A stretch of 64,000 nt of DNA. It comes from an uncultured bacterium (GTDB taxonomy: Bacteria; Verrucomicrobiota; Kiritimatiellia; RFP12; UBA3636). The notes beneath the pieces were generated by a model. The model had not been told where the DNA came from and searched no databases. It saw only the letters and a list, made by a program, of their open reading frames with translations. Positions 10,635-21,000 of the stretch are shown here, piece after piece. The translations under genes were made by a program, and so were the position numbers. Every line of letters starts with the position of its first letter. The first letter of the stretch is position 1. Location of the stretch: assembly GCA_902761575.1 (NCBI GenBank), contig CACWKU010000002.1:5578-69577 (forward strand), read 5' to 3'.

Positions 10635-11414
10635 TCACATGTACGAGAACGAGACGGCCTCGCTGTACAGCGAGATCCTGTAGTCCGTGCCGTTCGTCTC
10701 GGGGTTCGTCGTCCGGGCGAAGTTCACCATGATCGGCGTCCCGGGGTCGCGGGCGATGTAGGAGACGATCTTGTCGTTGGACACGTGCTTGTGCTCCTCG
10801 CCGAGCGAGATCTCCTGCGCCTGCTTCCCGCCCGGCTTCATGACGATCGTCACCGCCTCGAAGGAGGCGGGCATGCTCGCGAGCGTGGACTGCGTGTAGA
10901 CGGAGCCGTCCGTCGCGAGGGCGTAGAACATGACGGGGCGCTCGAAGTTGGGGTTGAGCTCCAGGTCCCCGGTGCTCAGGCTGCCCGACTCCGCGTAGGT
11001 CGAGTACTGGTTCGCGATCAGCCCGTGCAGCTCCTCGGAGCGCGTCCGGCCCCGGAACGTCCAGGTGCACTTGATGTCGACCATCGCGAACTCGGCGCCG
11101 TCCTCGACGACGTTGGTGATGGCCGTCCGGACCGTCCCCATGACGAGCCCCCGGGACGGATCCTTCGACATTGAGGCCAGCACGACCTGCCGGGCCGGAT
11201 AGAACTCCTCGGAGATGTTCTCGAAGGCGACGGCCTTGAGCTCCTCGTACCGGTTCAGGCACGCGCCCTGCGCGGCGATGCGCTGGGCCGTCGCCCGGGA
11301 GCTCTGCTCCACGACGGCGATCCCGCGGAAGGCGCAGGCGGACAGCAGCGCCACGAGCGCGCCGGCGACGGCGACCTCGATGAGGGTGAAGCCAGACGTA
11401 TTCTTCGCTTTCAT
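10635..11414 (-). CDS. Prepilin-type N-terminal cleavage/methylation domain protein (pseudopilin-like)
   Basis: Start MKAKNTSGFTLIEVAVAGALVALLSACAF (ATG revcomp 11412-11414, RBS GAGGAACCGA). Classic GFTLIEV prepilin motif. The ORF-track start at 11507 is probably an upstream alternative-codon artefact. Confidence 0.8.
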   Translation of the reverse strand: MKAKNTSGFTLIEVAVAGALVALLSACAFRGIAVVEQSSRATAQRIAAQGACLNRYEELKAVAFENISEEFYPARQVVLASMSKDPSRGLVMGTVRTAITNVVEDGAEFAMVDIKCTWTFRGRTRSEELHGLIANQYSTYAESGSLSTGDLELNPNFERPVMFYALATDGSVYTQSTLASMPASFEAVTIVMKPGGKQAQEISLGEEHKHVSNDKIVSYIARDPGTPIMVNFARTTNPETNGTDYRISLYSEAVSFSYM

Positions 11415-11458
11415 TCGGTTCCTCGATTTCGGTGGTGGATTCTCTGCGCGAGCCCCTC

Positions 11459-11475
11459 GTTCCGCCCCGCGGAAC
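11459..11475. promoter_or_regulatory. 7-3-7 palindrome GTTCCGC-CCC-GCGGAAC in the 5' region of the pseudopilin operon, ~45-60 nt upstream of ATG 11414. A TATAAT -10-like hexamer lies further upstream in gene orientation
   Basis: Perfect inverted repeat. In gene orientation the upstream region reads ..cgTATAATtgccgcgg.. about 50 nt further 5'. Confidence 0.35.
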
Positions 11476-11613
11476 CGGTTGGGTTCGACGAGGCGGAATT
11501 CTTGCACGCCGCGAAGCGCCGCGGCAATTATACGAACGGTTCGCGAACGCTTCCGGAGGATGATACGAAAGTATCAGAGCGCCGGTCGCCGACACCCTGG
11601 CCCCAGGATGCCG

Positions 11614-12324
11614 CTACGGCGGTTCGCCCGAAAAGCCGAGGCAGCAATCGAGATACGGCAGCAGCGCGGCGGTCCAGATTTCGTAGCCCTTCTCGGTCAG
11701 ATGGACGAAGTCGTGCGCGGTCTCCTTCGCGAGGGTGCCGTCGGGCTCGAGCAGCTTCGGCCCGAAGTCGCACCACAGGACGTTCCGGCCGTCCGCGAGC
11801 AGACGGATCCGCTCGTTGACGCGGGCGTCGCGGAGGCGCTTGGCGTCGTCGGGCCTCTCGCCGCTCGGCAGGATGGCGTGAAGGACCACCCGGGCGCGCG
11901 GGCAGCGCTCGCGGATGGTGCGCACGACTTCGGCGACGGCGCGCGCGGTGTCGTCCGGCGGCTCCTCGCTCTCGCTGCGCAGGAAGGAGTTGTTCGTGCC
12001 GACGAGCAGCACGACCGCCGCCGGGTCGAGCCCGTCGAGCTGTCCGTTCCGGAGGCGCCAGAGGACGTTCTCCGTGCGGTCGCCGCCGAAGCCGAGGTTG
12101 ATCGCCCGGTACTTCGGCCCGGCGAAGACGCGGTCCCAGACGTTCTTTCCGGCGGCCTCCCAGTGCTCGGTGATGGAGTCGCCGACGAAGGCCACCTTGA
12201 ACGACGGCCCCTCCTCGGCGGCCAGCGCGCGGAGCCGCTCGAAGCGCCCGAACCACCATTCGGCGTACTGGAAGTCGCGGCGGTCCGTCGGCACGATCGC
12301 CGGAATGTCGGGAAGGCTCTCCAT
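11614..12324 (-). CDS. SGNH/GDSL family esterase (PAF-acetylhydrolase / sialate O-acetylesterase-like small hydrolase)
   Basis: Tail frame of ORF 11614..13251(-): MESLPDIPAIVP..FKVAFVGDSITEHWE..GFGGDRT..LLVGTNN..DFVHLTEKGYEIW. GDS(I/L) block I, Gly block II, GTNN block III, DxxH block V of SGNH hydrolases. ATG revcomp 12322-12324. Confidence 0.75.
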   Translation of the reverse strand: MESLPDIPAIVPTDRRDFQYAEWWFGRFERLRALAAEEGPSFKVAFVGDSITEHWEAAGKNVWDRVFAGPKYRAINLGFGGDRTENVLWRLRNGQLDGLDPAAVVLLVGTNNSFLRSESEEPPDDTARAVAEVVRTIRERCPRARVVLHAILPSGERPDDAKRLRDARVNERIRLLADGRNVLWCDFGPKLLEPDGTLAKETAHDFVHLTEKGYEIWTAALLPYLDCCLGFSGEPP

Positions 12325-12326
12325 GG

Positions 12327-15300
12327 CTACAGGGACGGGGCGACGTCCGATTCGACGACGCGGTAGAACGCCGCGGGCTCGTTCTCGTCGAGGGCGATCG
12401 AAAGCTCGCCCGTTCCGGCGAGGAGGTCCGAGCCCTTCGTCCACGTCGCGACGTCGACGGCAAAATCGACCGCGAGGTCGGTCGTCTTCTCGAGCGCGTA
12501 CCAGCGGTCCGCCTTCGCCCCGGAGACGCCGACCCGGACCGTCGAGGCGCCGACCGAGATCGACGCGGGCTCCGGCGTCGCGGCGTCGCCGGCCACCGTC
12601 ATGGTGACCGTGCCGTCGCCGTTGTCCGTCACCCGGTAGGCGAGGCTGCCTCCGACGACGAGGGCGTGCCCGTTCGTCGCGAAGACGTAGTCGCCCGCGG
12701 CCGCCGGGCTCCAGCTCGCGTCCCAGAGGAGCTCGACCGGATCCGCGCCCGATGCGAGCGCGTCGGCGACCGTCGCGTATTCGGTCCCGCCTGCCCGCGC
12801 GAGGTTCGCGTCGAGCCCGTCGAAGCGGTACGCGCCGTCGAGGGAGACGACGTCGGTCGGACCGACGTAGCGGACGGTCGAGACGCCGGTCTGCCGCTCG
12901 GCCAGCGCGTACGTGCCGAGCGAGGTGCCGCCGACCGAGTAGGAGACCGTGTGCGCGGCGTCGTCGAGCGTCACCGTCACGGTCACGGCGGCGCTCACGT
13001 CCGCGACGACGGCGAGGTTCGTCGCCACCCCGGCCGCCGTCAGGACCGCGTAGCGGTTGGCGCCGTCCGCCCGGACGACCGTGATGCCCGCGCGCGAGCC
13101 CGTGTCGAACGGCTCGTCCGAGGGGTCGCCGAAGCGGAAGGTCGACGAGATCGTGACGACCGACGCCCGGGGCGCGGTCGTCGCCGCCGTGAAGGTCGCG
13201 TTGGAGACGGCGATCGCGCCGTCCGCGACCACGGCCTTGTCGCCCGACCACGCGCCCGTCTCTCCGAACGCCGACGCCGTCTCATGGATCCAGGCCGCGT
13301 TCACGTCGACCTTGATCGTGCCCTGCGCGAGCGTGACGCCCTTTGTGTAGGCGACGCCGTCGACCGTGAGCGAAACCGTCCCCTCGTAGGCGTTCCCCGC
13401 CGTCACGACGCCGGCGGGAACCGCGAACGACAGGGTCCCGTTCGCCGCGTCGATCGTGCCGGCGTAGCCGACGCCGCTGATCGTGAGCGCGGCCGACGCG
13501 ACCGCGCCCGCGGGGATCTCGCCCGTGAAGGCGACCGTGACGGCGCTGCCGTTGTAGTCCGTCCCCGGGCGCGCCGCGGGCTCGCCGAGCGCGATCGAGG
13601 GCGGAGGCGGCGTGGTGCCGAACTCGTAGCAGCCCATGGACGGCGGATTCGCGAAATCGCCCCCCATGAGGTCCTTCCCGATGCCGGAGTACGTCGCGCC
13701 CGCGCCCTTCGCCGGGGAGTCCGAGGCGAGCGTATAGTCGTCCGCGGCGGCGTCCGCGAACTTCGGGTCGCCGACAAGGCAGTGCGCGCCGACCTGCTCG
13801 CCCGACGTTTCGATCGTCACGCAGTCCGCGGCGTCGAAGAGGCAGTAGTCCACGTTCGTCGCGTGGTGCAGCTTCACATCGGGATTGCCGCCCACCGTGG
13901 TGTTGCCAGCGACAATGCAGTTGACCATCGTGAGCTTGCTGCTGTAGTCGCTGCCGACGCTCAGCGCGCCGCCTTCGGAAGACCGACCCTCGACGCCCGA
14001 CACGTTCCCCACGATCGTGGTGTTGCGGATCGTCACGGGGCTGCCGTAGTTCTTCAGCTCCATGCCGATGCCGCCGCCCTTGCTCGCGCCCCAGGCGTAG
14101 GCCGCCCGGTTCCCGAGGACCAGGCAGGCGTCGATCGTGACCGGGCCGGAGTAGTCGCCGTTCACGCCGATGCCGGCGCCCTTGCCGCCGTTGCCGTCGT
14201 TCGTGTTGAAGGCGACGATCGAGTGGTCGATCGTGCCCTGCTTGATGAAGACGCCGCCGCCGTAGCCGCCCTTGCCCGAAACCGTGTTGTTGCTGATGCA
14301 GCACCAGGAGACCGTGCCGTTCTCGACGTACACGCCGGCTCCGTGCACGTACTGGTCGGCCAGCGTTCCGCCCGTCGCCGTCAGGTCCTTGAGCGTCGCC
14401 TCCCCGGCGAGCGTCGCGACGCGCCCGGTGCCGACCTGCCGGATGATCGTTCGCTCCGGGCCCTGGCCCTCGAGCGTGACGCCGTTCGTGACCATGAGCT
14501 GCGCGTCGATGCGGAAGACGCCGCTGCCGAGCGTGACGGTCCCGTGCGTCGGCACGGCCGCGTCGATCGCCGCCTGGATGGCGTTGCGGTCGGCGGCGCC
14601 GGTCGCGTCGCCGCTCGGCGCGATCGCGCCGGTCGGATCGATGTGCGTTCCGCCGCCGCCACCGCCGCCGCCCGTCTTGGGGATGACCACGTCCTTCGTC
14701 TGCGTCGCGAACGGCGCGTCGAAGGCCGCCGTGTAGCGGCCCGTGCCGTCCCCGTCCGCGGTCGGCGCCTGGACGACCGCGTAGGCCGTCGTCGCGGTCT
14801 GCGTCTTCCGGTGGGCGGAATTCCCCGTGCAGACCGCGGTCGCCGTGCAGGTCGCGTTGTCCGCGGACCAGACGTAGGACGGCGCGCCCCACGTGTGGGT
14901 ATGCGGCGTTCCCGAGACGTCCGTCGCCTCGCCGGCGGTAAGGAACGAGGCCGAGGACTGGTCGTACTCGGCCTTCACCCAGTCGGCGGAAGAGACCGCG
15001 TCGCGGAGGCGGAACTCGTCGAAGAGCCCGGTGAAGTGCCCCTGCACGACGTCCTTGTCCTTCGCGCCGAAGATCAGCTTGTTGTCGGAGTCCTGCACGG
15101 CCGAGATGGACGCGTCCGCGAGCTTCACGCCGTTGGCGTAGGTCGTGAGCGTCGTGCCGTTGAAGACGGCGGCGAGATGGACCCAGCTGTTTTCCGCAGA
15201 AGGCACCGTGCTGGAAACGGCCGTAAGCGAACCTGCGTATCCGTTGAGGGTCGTGTAGTTGGGAAGCGCGAGCTCCCAGTCCGGCGCATAGCCGCCGCCG

Positions 15301-16997
15301 CGGTTGCGGCTTGCGAAGCGCGCGAGGCCGTCCACCGTCGTGAGCGCCGTCATCTTGACCCAGGCGGACATCGTGAAGTCGCCGCCGACGTCGAGGAGCG
15401 TCGAGTCGGCGACCTTCAGCATGGACTGGCCGTTGTACGACGCGGCGTTCGCGGAATTGACGCGCGCCTTGCCGAAGACGCCGTCGGCCGCGACCTGCTG
15501 CGTCGCCGCGGCGGCGCCGATGGGCTCGGCGTCGAGGCCGTTGACGGAATCCGCGACCGTGCCGTTCGCCTCGGCCATGTGCCAGACGCCGACGTAGTCC
15601 GCCTTCCAGGTCCAGCGCGGCTCGACCGCGTCCGCGGGCTCGCCGCCGTAGTACATCGTGAACGAGGCGCCCTGCGAGAGCGCGGGGACCTTGACCCACA
15701 CGAGCGAGGCGCCGTCCGGGTTCCACTGCTCGATCTCGTAGGAGAGGGAATCGCCGGAGCCGTCCGCGAAGCGGAGCTCGCTTCCGCTCGCGGAGTCCGC
15801 CATGTCGGCGTAGCTGAAGCCCGAGGGCGAGCCGGCGGCGAGCCGCACCGCGACCGGGAAGTCGGCGAGCGTCGACGACCCCGCGTAGCCCGAGACCGTG
15901 AACTCGACCTGCTTCGAGAAGACGGACGTATCGACGGCCTCCACCGGCTCCGTCGGCAGGTCGGCCGCGGTCGCGGCGGGCAGCTCGTGCACCGCCGCGA
16001 GCATGGCGTAGTTCGCGATGGCGGGCACGCTGTCGTGCGTGGACATCGCCCGCCCGCAGTCGATCATCTGGTCGTACGTGACGAGGGAGGCGAGCGGCGT
16101 CGCCGAGAGCTTCACCGTCGCGCCGCTCGTGGCCGCGACCCGGACGGGGTTCTGCTTCATCAGCTCCGCGCCCCGGTAGAAGAGATCCCGGTGGTACTCG
16201 CCGAGCGACTTGCCGGCCCGGCCCGCCGCCGCCTTGACGGCCATGTATTCGGCCTCGGTGATCTGCACGCTCGGATGGAACTCGATGAACGGGGCGTTCG
16301 CGTTCCACGCCGCCTCGGCGTTGGCCAGCTCGGTCGCGTCGAACCCGAACGCCTTCAGCACCTCGCGGGCGAGGATGCGGTTGCCGACCACGTCCATGTG
16401 GGTGCCGTCCTTGGTCGCCTTGTACCCGAACTGGTTGATGACCGGATTGGCGGGGTCGTCGACGCATTCCCGGAAGGCCTCGTAGGTCTGGGCGTAGGGG
16501 ATGTTCCGCGCCTGTGCGATGCCCTTGACGGCCGCCGCGTAGTCGCAGACGTTCTGCTTGAATCCCTCGCCGTTGACGCCCGTCGGCGAGAGCAGCACCG
16601 GCTTGATCCCATTGGCGATCGCCATGTCCGCCATCGCGGCGACGTCGTTCGGCGTGCTGTTCGTGTTGACGGGCCAGTTGCTTCCGCAGTCGTTCACGCC
16701 CGCGAAGATGGTGCAGACGTCCGGGTCCTTGGCGACGACGTCGTTCTGGAAGCGGTTCTTCATCTGGACGGCGGTCTGGCCGCTGATGCCGACGCCGTAC
16801 CACGTCACGTCGATGCCGTTCGCGGCAAGGCCCTGGACGACCAGGCGCAGGTAGCCGTCGACCGTATCCTTGCCGAACTGGGTGATCGAGTCGCCCATGA
16901 AGACGAGGGTGTCGCCGTTCTTGATCACCTTCTCGCCGCCGTGGGCGGCGAGGGCGAACGCGGCCAGGAAAAGCGGGAGGACGTGTCTTGCTTTCAT
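12327..16997 (-). CDS. Giant secreted multidomain protein: SGNH hydrolase, DUF2341, LamG, Gly8 linker, right-handed beta-helix, large C-terminal region shared with the 26490-31727 paralog. Tail ..AFYRVVESDVAPSL
   Basis: ORF 12327..16997(-), 1556 aa. MKARHVLPLFLAAFALAAHG signal; VFMGDSITQFG; SGYAGSSTLADFPVAVRL..LVWVKVP (DUF2341); YVGVWHM..LFDEFRLRD (LamG); GGGGGGGG; beta-helix repeats; PPSMGCYEFG. Confidence 0.85.
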   Translation of the reverse strand: MKARHVLPLFLAAFALAAHGGEKVIKNGDTLVFMGDSITQFGKDTVDGYLRLVVQGLAANGIDVTWYGVGISGQTAVQMKNRFQNDVVAKDPDVCTIFAGVNDCGSNWPVNTNSTPNDVAAMADMAIANGIKPVLLSPTGVNGEGFKQNVCDYAAAVKGIAQARNIPYAQTYEAFRECVDDPANPVINQFGYKATKDGTHMDVVGNRILAREVLKAFGFDATELANAEAAWNANAPFIEFHPSVQITEAEYMAVKAAAGRAGKSLGEYHRDLFYRGAELMKQNPVRVAATSGATVKLSATPLASLVTYDQMIDCGRAMSTHDSVPAIANYAMLAAVHELPAATAADLPTEPVEAVDTSVFSKQVEFTVSGYAGSSTLADFPVAVRLAAGSPSGFSYADMADSASGSELRFADGSGDSLSYEIEQWNPDGASLVWVKVPALSQGASFTMYYGGEPADAVEPRWTWKADYVGVWHMAEANGTVADSVNGLDAEPIGAAAATQQVAADGVFGKARVNSANAASYNGQSMLKVADSTLLDVGGDFTMSAWVKMTALTTVDGLARFASRNRGGGYAPDWELALPNYTTLNGYAGSLTAVSSTVPSAENSWVHLAAVFNGTTLTTYANGVKLADASISAVQDSDNKLIFGAKDKDVVQGHFTGLFDEFRLRDAVSSADWVKAEYDQSSASFLTAGEATDVSGTPHTHTWGAPSYVWSADNATCTATAVCTGNSAHRKTQTATTAYAVVQAPTADGDGTGRYTAAFDAPFATQTKDVVIPKTGGGGGGGGTHIDPTGAIAPSGDATGAADRNAIQAAIDAAVPTHGTVTLGSGVFRIDAQLMVTNGVTLEGQGPERTIIRQVGTGRVATLAGEATLKDLTATGGTLADQYVHGAGVYVENGTVSWCCISNNTVSGKGGYGGGVFIKQGTIDHSIVAFNTNDGNGGKGAGIGVNGDYSGPVTIDACLVLGNRAAYAWGASKGGGIGMELKNYGSPVTIRNTTIVGNVSGVEGRSSEGGALSVGSDYSSKLTMVNCIVAGNTTVGGNPDVKLHHATNVDYCLFDAADCVTIETSGEQVGAHCLVGDPKFADAAADDYTLASDSPAKGAGATYSGIGKDLMGGDFANPPSMGCYEFGTTPPPPSIALGEPAARPGTDYNGSAVTVAFTGEIPAGAVASAALTISGVGYAGTIDAANGTLSFAVPAGVVTAGNAYEGTVSLTVDGVAYTKGVTLAQGTIKVDVNAAWIHETASAFGETGAWSGDKAVVADGAIAVSNATFTAATTAPRASVVTISSTFRFGDPSDEPFDTGSRAGITVVRADGANRYAVLTAAGVATNLAVVADVSAAVTVTVTLDDAAHTVSYSVGGTSLGTYALAERQTGVSTVRYVGPTDVVSLDGAYRFDGLDANLARAGGTEYATVADALASGADPVELLWDASWSPAAAGDYVFATNGHALVVGGSLAYRVTDNGDGTVTMTVAGDAATPEPASISVGASTVRVGVSGAKADRWYALEKTTDLAVDFAVDVATWTKGSDLLAGTGELSIALDENEPAAFYRVVESDVAPSL

Positions 16998-17033
16998 CGT
17001 TCGTTGCTTCTTTCGGAAGACGGTTCGTGACGA

Positions 17034-19208
17034 TCAATCGACGAGAAACGCGACGCGGGGGCGCCTGGCGCCGCCCGTGACGTCGGTCGCGGGCCCGGCG
17101 GAGAGGAACGACGCCGAGGCCTGGTCGTACTCGGCCTTCACCCAGTCGGCGGAAGAGACCGCGTCCCGGAGGCGGAACTCGTCGAAGAGCCCGATGAAGT
17201 GCCCCTGCCAGCAGTCCTTGTCGTAGGCGCCGAAGACGAGCTTGTCGTTGGTGTCCTGCACCGCGGCGATCGTCTGCTCGAAGACCTTCGCGCCGTTGGC
17301 GTACGCCGTCAGCGTCGTTCCGTCGAACACGCCGGCGACGTGCACCCACGCGTCCTGCGCGCCCGGAATCGCGCCCGAGACCGCGGTCTTCGAGCCGGAA
17401 TAGCCGTTCAGCGTGTCGTACCCCGTGATCGCGAGCTGCCAGTCCGGCGTGTCGTAGACCGCCGCCACGTAGCGGTTGCGGCTCGCGATGCGCGCGATGC
17501 CGTCGCCCGGGGTCGCGCCGGTCATCTTGACCCAGCCGGAGAAGGTGAAGTCATCGCCGAGGTCGAGGATCGTCGAATCGCCGACCTCCAGCATCGACTG
17601 TCCGGTATATGCATTGAGGCCCGGCACCCCGTTGATCCGCGCGTTGCCGAAGACGCCCTCCGCCGCGGCCTGCCGGGAGGCGGAGTTGCCCTTCGGAACG
17701 GCGGTCATCCCGTTCGCGGAATCCGCGACCGCGCCGCCGTCCTCGGCCATGTGCCAGACGCCGACGTAGTCCGCCTTCCAGGTCCAGCGCGGCTCGACCG
17801 CGTCCGCGGGCGCGCCGCCGTAGTACATCGTGAACGTCGTCCCCTGCGAAAGCGCGGGGAGCTTGACCCAGACGAGCGAGGCTCCGTTCGGGTCCCACTG
17901 CTCGACCTCGTACGAGAGCGAGCGCCCGGCGGCGTCGGCGAAGCGGAGCTCGCCGCCGCTCGACGGGTCGGCCATGTCGGCGTAGCGGAAGCCCGAGGGC
18001 GAATCGGCGGCGAGCCGCACCGCGACCGGGAAGTCGGCGAGCGCCGACGACCCCGCGTAACCCGAGACCGTGAAGACGACCTGCTTGGCGAACGCGGACC
18101 TGTCGACGGTCCGGACCGGCTCCTTCGGCAGATCGGCCTCCGACGCGGCGGGAAGCTCGTGCACCGCGGCGAGCACGGCGGCATCGAGGACGCCCGGCAG
18201 GCTGCCGAGCTCGGAACGGATGTCCGTCTCGTTCGCACGGAGCGCGCGGCCGCAGTCGAGCGCCGCGTCGTAGGTGGGGAACCCGATGCGCGCCGACAGG
18301 GAGAACTCCACGTCCGCCCCGTCCGTCTCGGACACCTCCGCAGGCTGCTGCGACAACCGCTCGATGCCGCGGAAGAACAGGTCCCGGTGGAAGTCGGCCA
18401 GGGACCTTCCGGCCCGGGCCGCGGCCGCCTTCACGGCCCGGTACTCGGCGGCGGTGATCCGCACGCTCGGGCGGGCCTGGTAGAACGGCTCGATCTCGTT
18501 CCACGCCGCCGCCGCCTTCGCCAGCTCCTCGGCCGAGTCGAAGCCGAGCGCCTTCAGCATCTCGATCGCGATGATGCGGTTCCCGACGACGTCCATGTGC
18601 AGGCTGTCGACGGTGGCGCGGATGGGGAACCCCTTGTCCGTCTTCCCGATGACGGGATTCACGGGATCCTCCACGTACGCCCGGAACGCCTCGTGGGTCG
18701 TTCCGTACGGGACGTTCCGCGCCTGCGCGATGGCCTTGACCGCCGCCGCGTAGTCGAGGATGCTCTGCGGGAAGGACTCGAGCGAGCTGCCCGTCGGGGA
18801 GCACAGCACCGGCGTGATCCCCGCCGCGATCGCCATGTCCGCCATCGCGGCGACGTCGTCCGGCGAGCTGGCCGCGTTGTTCGGCCACCCCTGCGCGCAG
18901 TCGTTCACGCCGGCGAGGATCGTGACGACATCCGGGTTCTTGGCGATGACGTCGTTCTGGAAGCGGGCCCGCATCTGCGCGGCGGTGTTGCCCGCGATGC
19001 CGACGCCGTGCCAGGTCACGCGGACGCCGTTCGTCGCGAGGCCGCGCGCGACGAGCGGCAGGTAGCCGGCGGCGCTGTCCTTGCCGTACTGCGTGATCGA
19101 GTCGCCCATGAAGACGAGCGTGTCGCCGTCGTGGATCGCCTTCTCGCCGCCGCTCGCGGAGAGCGCGGCGAAAGCCAGGGGGAGCAGGAATGCGCGTGTC
19201 GTTCTCAT
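17034..19208 (-). CDS. Secreted SGNH hydrolase, DUF2341, LamG protein. C-terminal tail ..RPRVAFLVD
   Basis: ORF 17034..19208(-). MRTTRAFLLPLAFAALSASG signal, VFMGDSITQYG, DUF2341 and LamG blocks homologous to the 12327 and 24275 genes. Confidence 0.85.
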   Translation of the reverse strand: MRTTRAFLLPLAFAALSASGGEKAIHDGDTLVFMGDSITQYGKDSAAGYLPLVARGLATNGVRVTWHGVGIAGNTAAQMRARFQNDVIAKNPDVVTILAGVNDCAQGWPNNAASSPDDVAAMADMAIAAGITPVLCSPTGSSLESFPQSILDYAAAVKAIAQARNVPYGTTHEAFRAYVEDPVNPVIGKTDKGFPIRATVDSLHMDVVGNRIIAIEMLKALGFDSAEELAKAAAAWNEIEPFYQARPSVRITAAEYRAVKAAAARAGRSLADFHRDLFFRGIERLSQQPAEVSETDGADVEFSLSARIGFPTYDAALDCGRALRANETDIRSELGSLPGVLDAAVLAAVHELPAASEADLPKEPVRTVDRSAFAKQVVFTVSGYAGSSALADFPVAVRLAADSPSGFRYADMADPSSGGELRFADAAGRSLSYEVEQWDPNGASLVWVKLPALSQGTTFTMYYGGAPADAVEPRWTWKADYVGVWHMAEDGGAVADSANGMTAVPKGNSASRQAAAEGVFGNARINGVPGLNAYTGQSMLEVGDSTILDLGDDFTFSGWVKMTGATPGDGIARIASRNRYVAAVYDTPDWQLAITGYDTLNGYSGSKTAVSGAIPGAQDAWVHVAGVFDGTTLTAYANGAKVFEQTIAAVQDTNDKLVFGAYDKDCWQGHFIGLFDEFRLRDAVSSADWVKAEYDQASASFLSAGPATDVTGGARRPRVAFLVD

Positions 19209-19230
19209 CGCTTGCTTGTCGCCTCCGGCC

Positions 19231-21000
19231 TCAGTCGATGCAGAACACCACGCGGGGCCGCGGCGCGGTGATCGTCAGCGTCCGACGAAGGACGTAGATC
19301 GTGTTCTGGTGGTCCACCTCCACCCGGGCCTCGTAGGTCCCGGCCTGCACCGGCGGGCCGGAGAGCTTCGTCGAGCCCCGGTAGTACTCGAGCATGCCGA
19401 GCGACGAGGACGTGAGCGCGGCGAAGTCGGTCCCGACGAGCGTCGCCGCGAGCGGCGTTCCGTCGTAGGCCTTGGTCGTCTCGCCGCCGATGGAGAACGT
19501 CGGCGTGCCGGCCGTGCAGTTCGCGTTCGTGCAGGTCGCGGTCAGCGTGTCGCCGGACGCCGTCAGTTTCCAGCCGTGCTCGTGCGGATCCTCCGACTGC
19601 GACTGCAGCTTGAAGCTGTCGGTCCGGAACGCGCCCGCCGCGTTGCCCTCGGCGTCGAAGAAGTTCACCGGATCCGTGTTCGCGAAGCCGTACCGGACGG
19701 CGAGCGGCTCGGGGAAGGTCGGGCAGGAGACGGCGAGCGTGTCCGCGTCGACGATGCGGACCGTCCCGTCGAAGAACTTGGTCGTCCCGTAGTAGTCCCC
19801 GCCGACCTGGAACCCCCGCAGCGCCTGGCCGTCGCCGCTCGTGATCGCCGTGTGCGTGTCGAAATGGACGAGGATCTCGCTCGCGTTGCCGGGGTTCACC
19901 TCCGAGCGGAGATAGACCGGGCCCTCCGGGTAGAGGCCCGGCTCGCCGTAGACGTACTTGCGCGCGAATTCGCTCAGGCGCCTGCCGAGCTCCGGCTTCT
20001 TCGGCGGGTGGATGTCCGTGAGGTCGCCGATGTCGAGCGTCGGGACAACGTGGACGCCCTGCTCCTGCCGGCCCACCCAGTTCTGCGAGTCGCGCACGTC
20101 GCACCACTGCCCGTAGGCGCCGTAGAACGGAAGCTGCGCGACGAGGAACGGCATGTCCGCGTCGTTCCAGAGCGCGCGCCAGTTCCGGACCAGGGCCTGC
20201 AGCTTGAAGCGGTAGTTGTAGCCGAACCCGAACATGCCGTCCGACTCGCCCTGGTACCAGAGCACGCCCTTGACCGGAAGCGGCGGGATGGGCTCGAGGT
20301 TGTTCAGGATCATCTTCGAGTAATGGTCCTTCGCGCTCGTGCAGTCGGGAAGCCACTCGTCGATCAGCGAGCCGTCGACCGCCGCCGTGACGATGCCGAC
20401 GGGGACGCCCAGCTTCCCCTGCAGCTCCTTGGCGAAGAAGAATCCCATCGCCGAGCACTTCCCCGCCGTCGCGGACGACGCGACCTGCCAGGCGTTCTGG
20501 TTGAGCTGCCACTCGAAGTGGTTCTCGGTCGCCTCGATGAAGCGGATCGTCGGATAGTCGGCGTCCTGGAGCCACGCGGCCGCGTCGGCGAAGCGCTCGA
20601 TCGGATAGTAGGCGTTGGACTGCCCGCTCGCGAGCCACACCTCGCCGACCAGGATGTTCGTGGCCGTGAGCGTCGTCGTGCCGTCCGTCGCCGTGAGCGT
20701 GTACGGGCCGCCCGCCTCCATCGCGGGGAACTCGACGCGCCAGCGGGCCTCGCCGTCCGAGGCGTAGGGGCTTTCGAGATCCGCGGTCGCCGAAAGCGTC
20801 CGCCCGGCGAACGTGACCGTGACGGTCCTGCCCTGGATCGCGGCGCCGGAGATCGGCAGCGTGACGCCGCGCTGGAGCACGGCGTTGCTGTCGTAGTACT
20901 GGTTGACGCGGAACTTGGGGATCGTGTAGGCGGCCTGCGCGGCCGGCGCCAGTCCCGCGGCGATTGCGGCGATTGCGGCGAAGCGTTCGATGGCGTTCAT
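19231..21000 (-). CDS. Sialate O-acetylesterase-like carbohydrate esterase (SASA family) with C-terminal Ig-like region. Tail ..PRPRVVFCID
   Basis: ORF 19231..21009(-); ATG start MNAIERFAAIAAIAAGLAPAAQA (signal). The ORF-track first codon is TTG. GEVWLASGQSNAY and VLWYQGESD motifs are typical of sialic-acid 9-O-acetylesterases. Confidence 0.7.
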   Translation of the reverse strand: MNAIERFAAIAAIAAGLAPAAQAAYTIPKFRVNQYYDSNAVLQRGVTLPISGAAIQGRTVTVTFAGRTLSATADLESPYASDGEARWRVEFPAMEAGGPYTLTATDGTTTLTATNILVGEVWLASGQSNAYYPIERFADAAAWLQDADYPTIRFIEATENHFEWQLNQNAWQVASSATAGKCSAMGFFFAKELQGKLGVPVGIVTAAVDGSLIDEWLPDCTSAKDHYSKMILNNLEPIPPLPVKGVLWYQGESDGMFGFGYNYRFKLQALVRNWRALWNDADMPFLVAQLPFYGAYGQWCDVRDSQNWVGRQEQGVHVVPTLDIGDLTDIHPPKKPELGRRLSEFARKYVYGEPGLYPEGPVYLRSEVNPGNASEILVHFDTHTAITSGDGQALRGFQVGGDYYGTTKFFDGTVRIVDADTLAVSCPTFPEPLAVRYGFANTDPVNFFDAEGNAAGAFRTDSFKLQSQSEDPHEHGWKLTASGDTLTATCTNANCTAGTPTFSIGGETTKAYDGTPLAATLVGTDFAALTSSSLGMLEYYRGSTKLSGPPVQAGTYEARVEVDHQNTIYVLRRTLTITAPRPRVVFCID

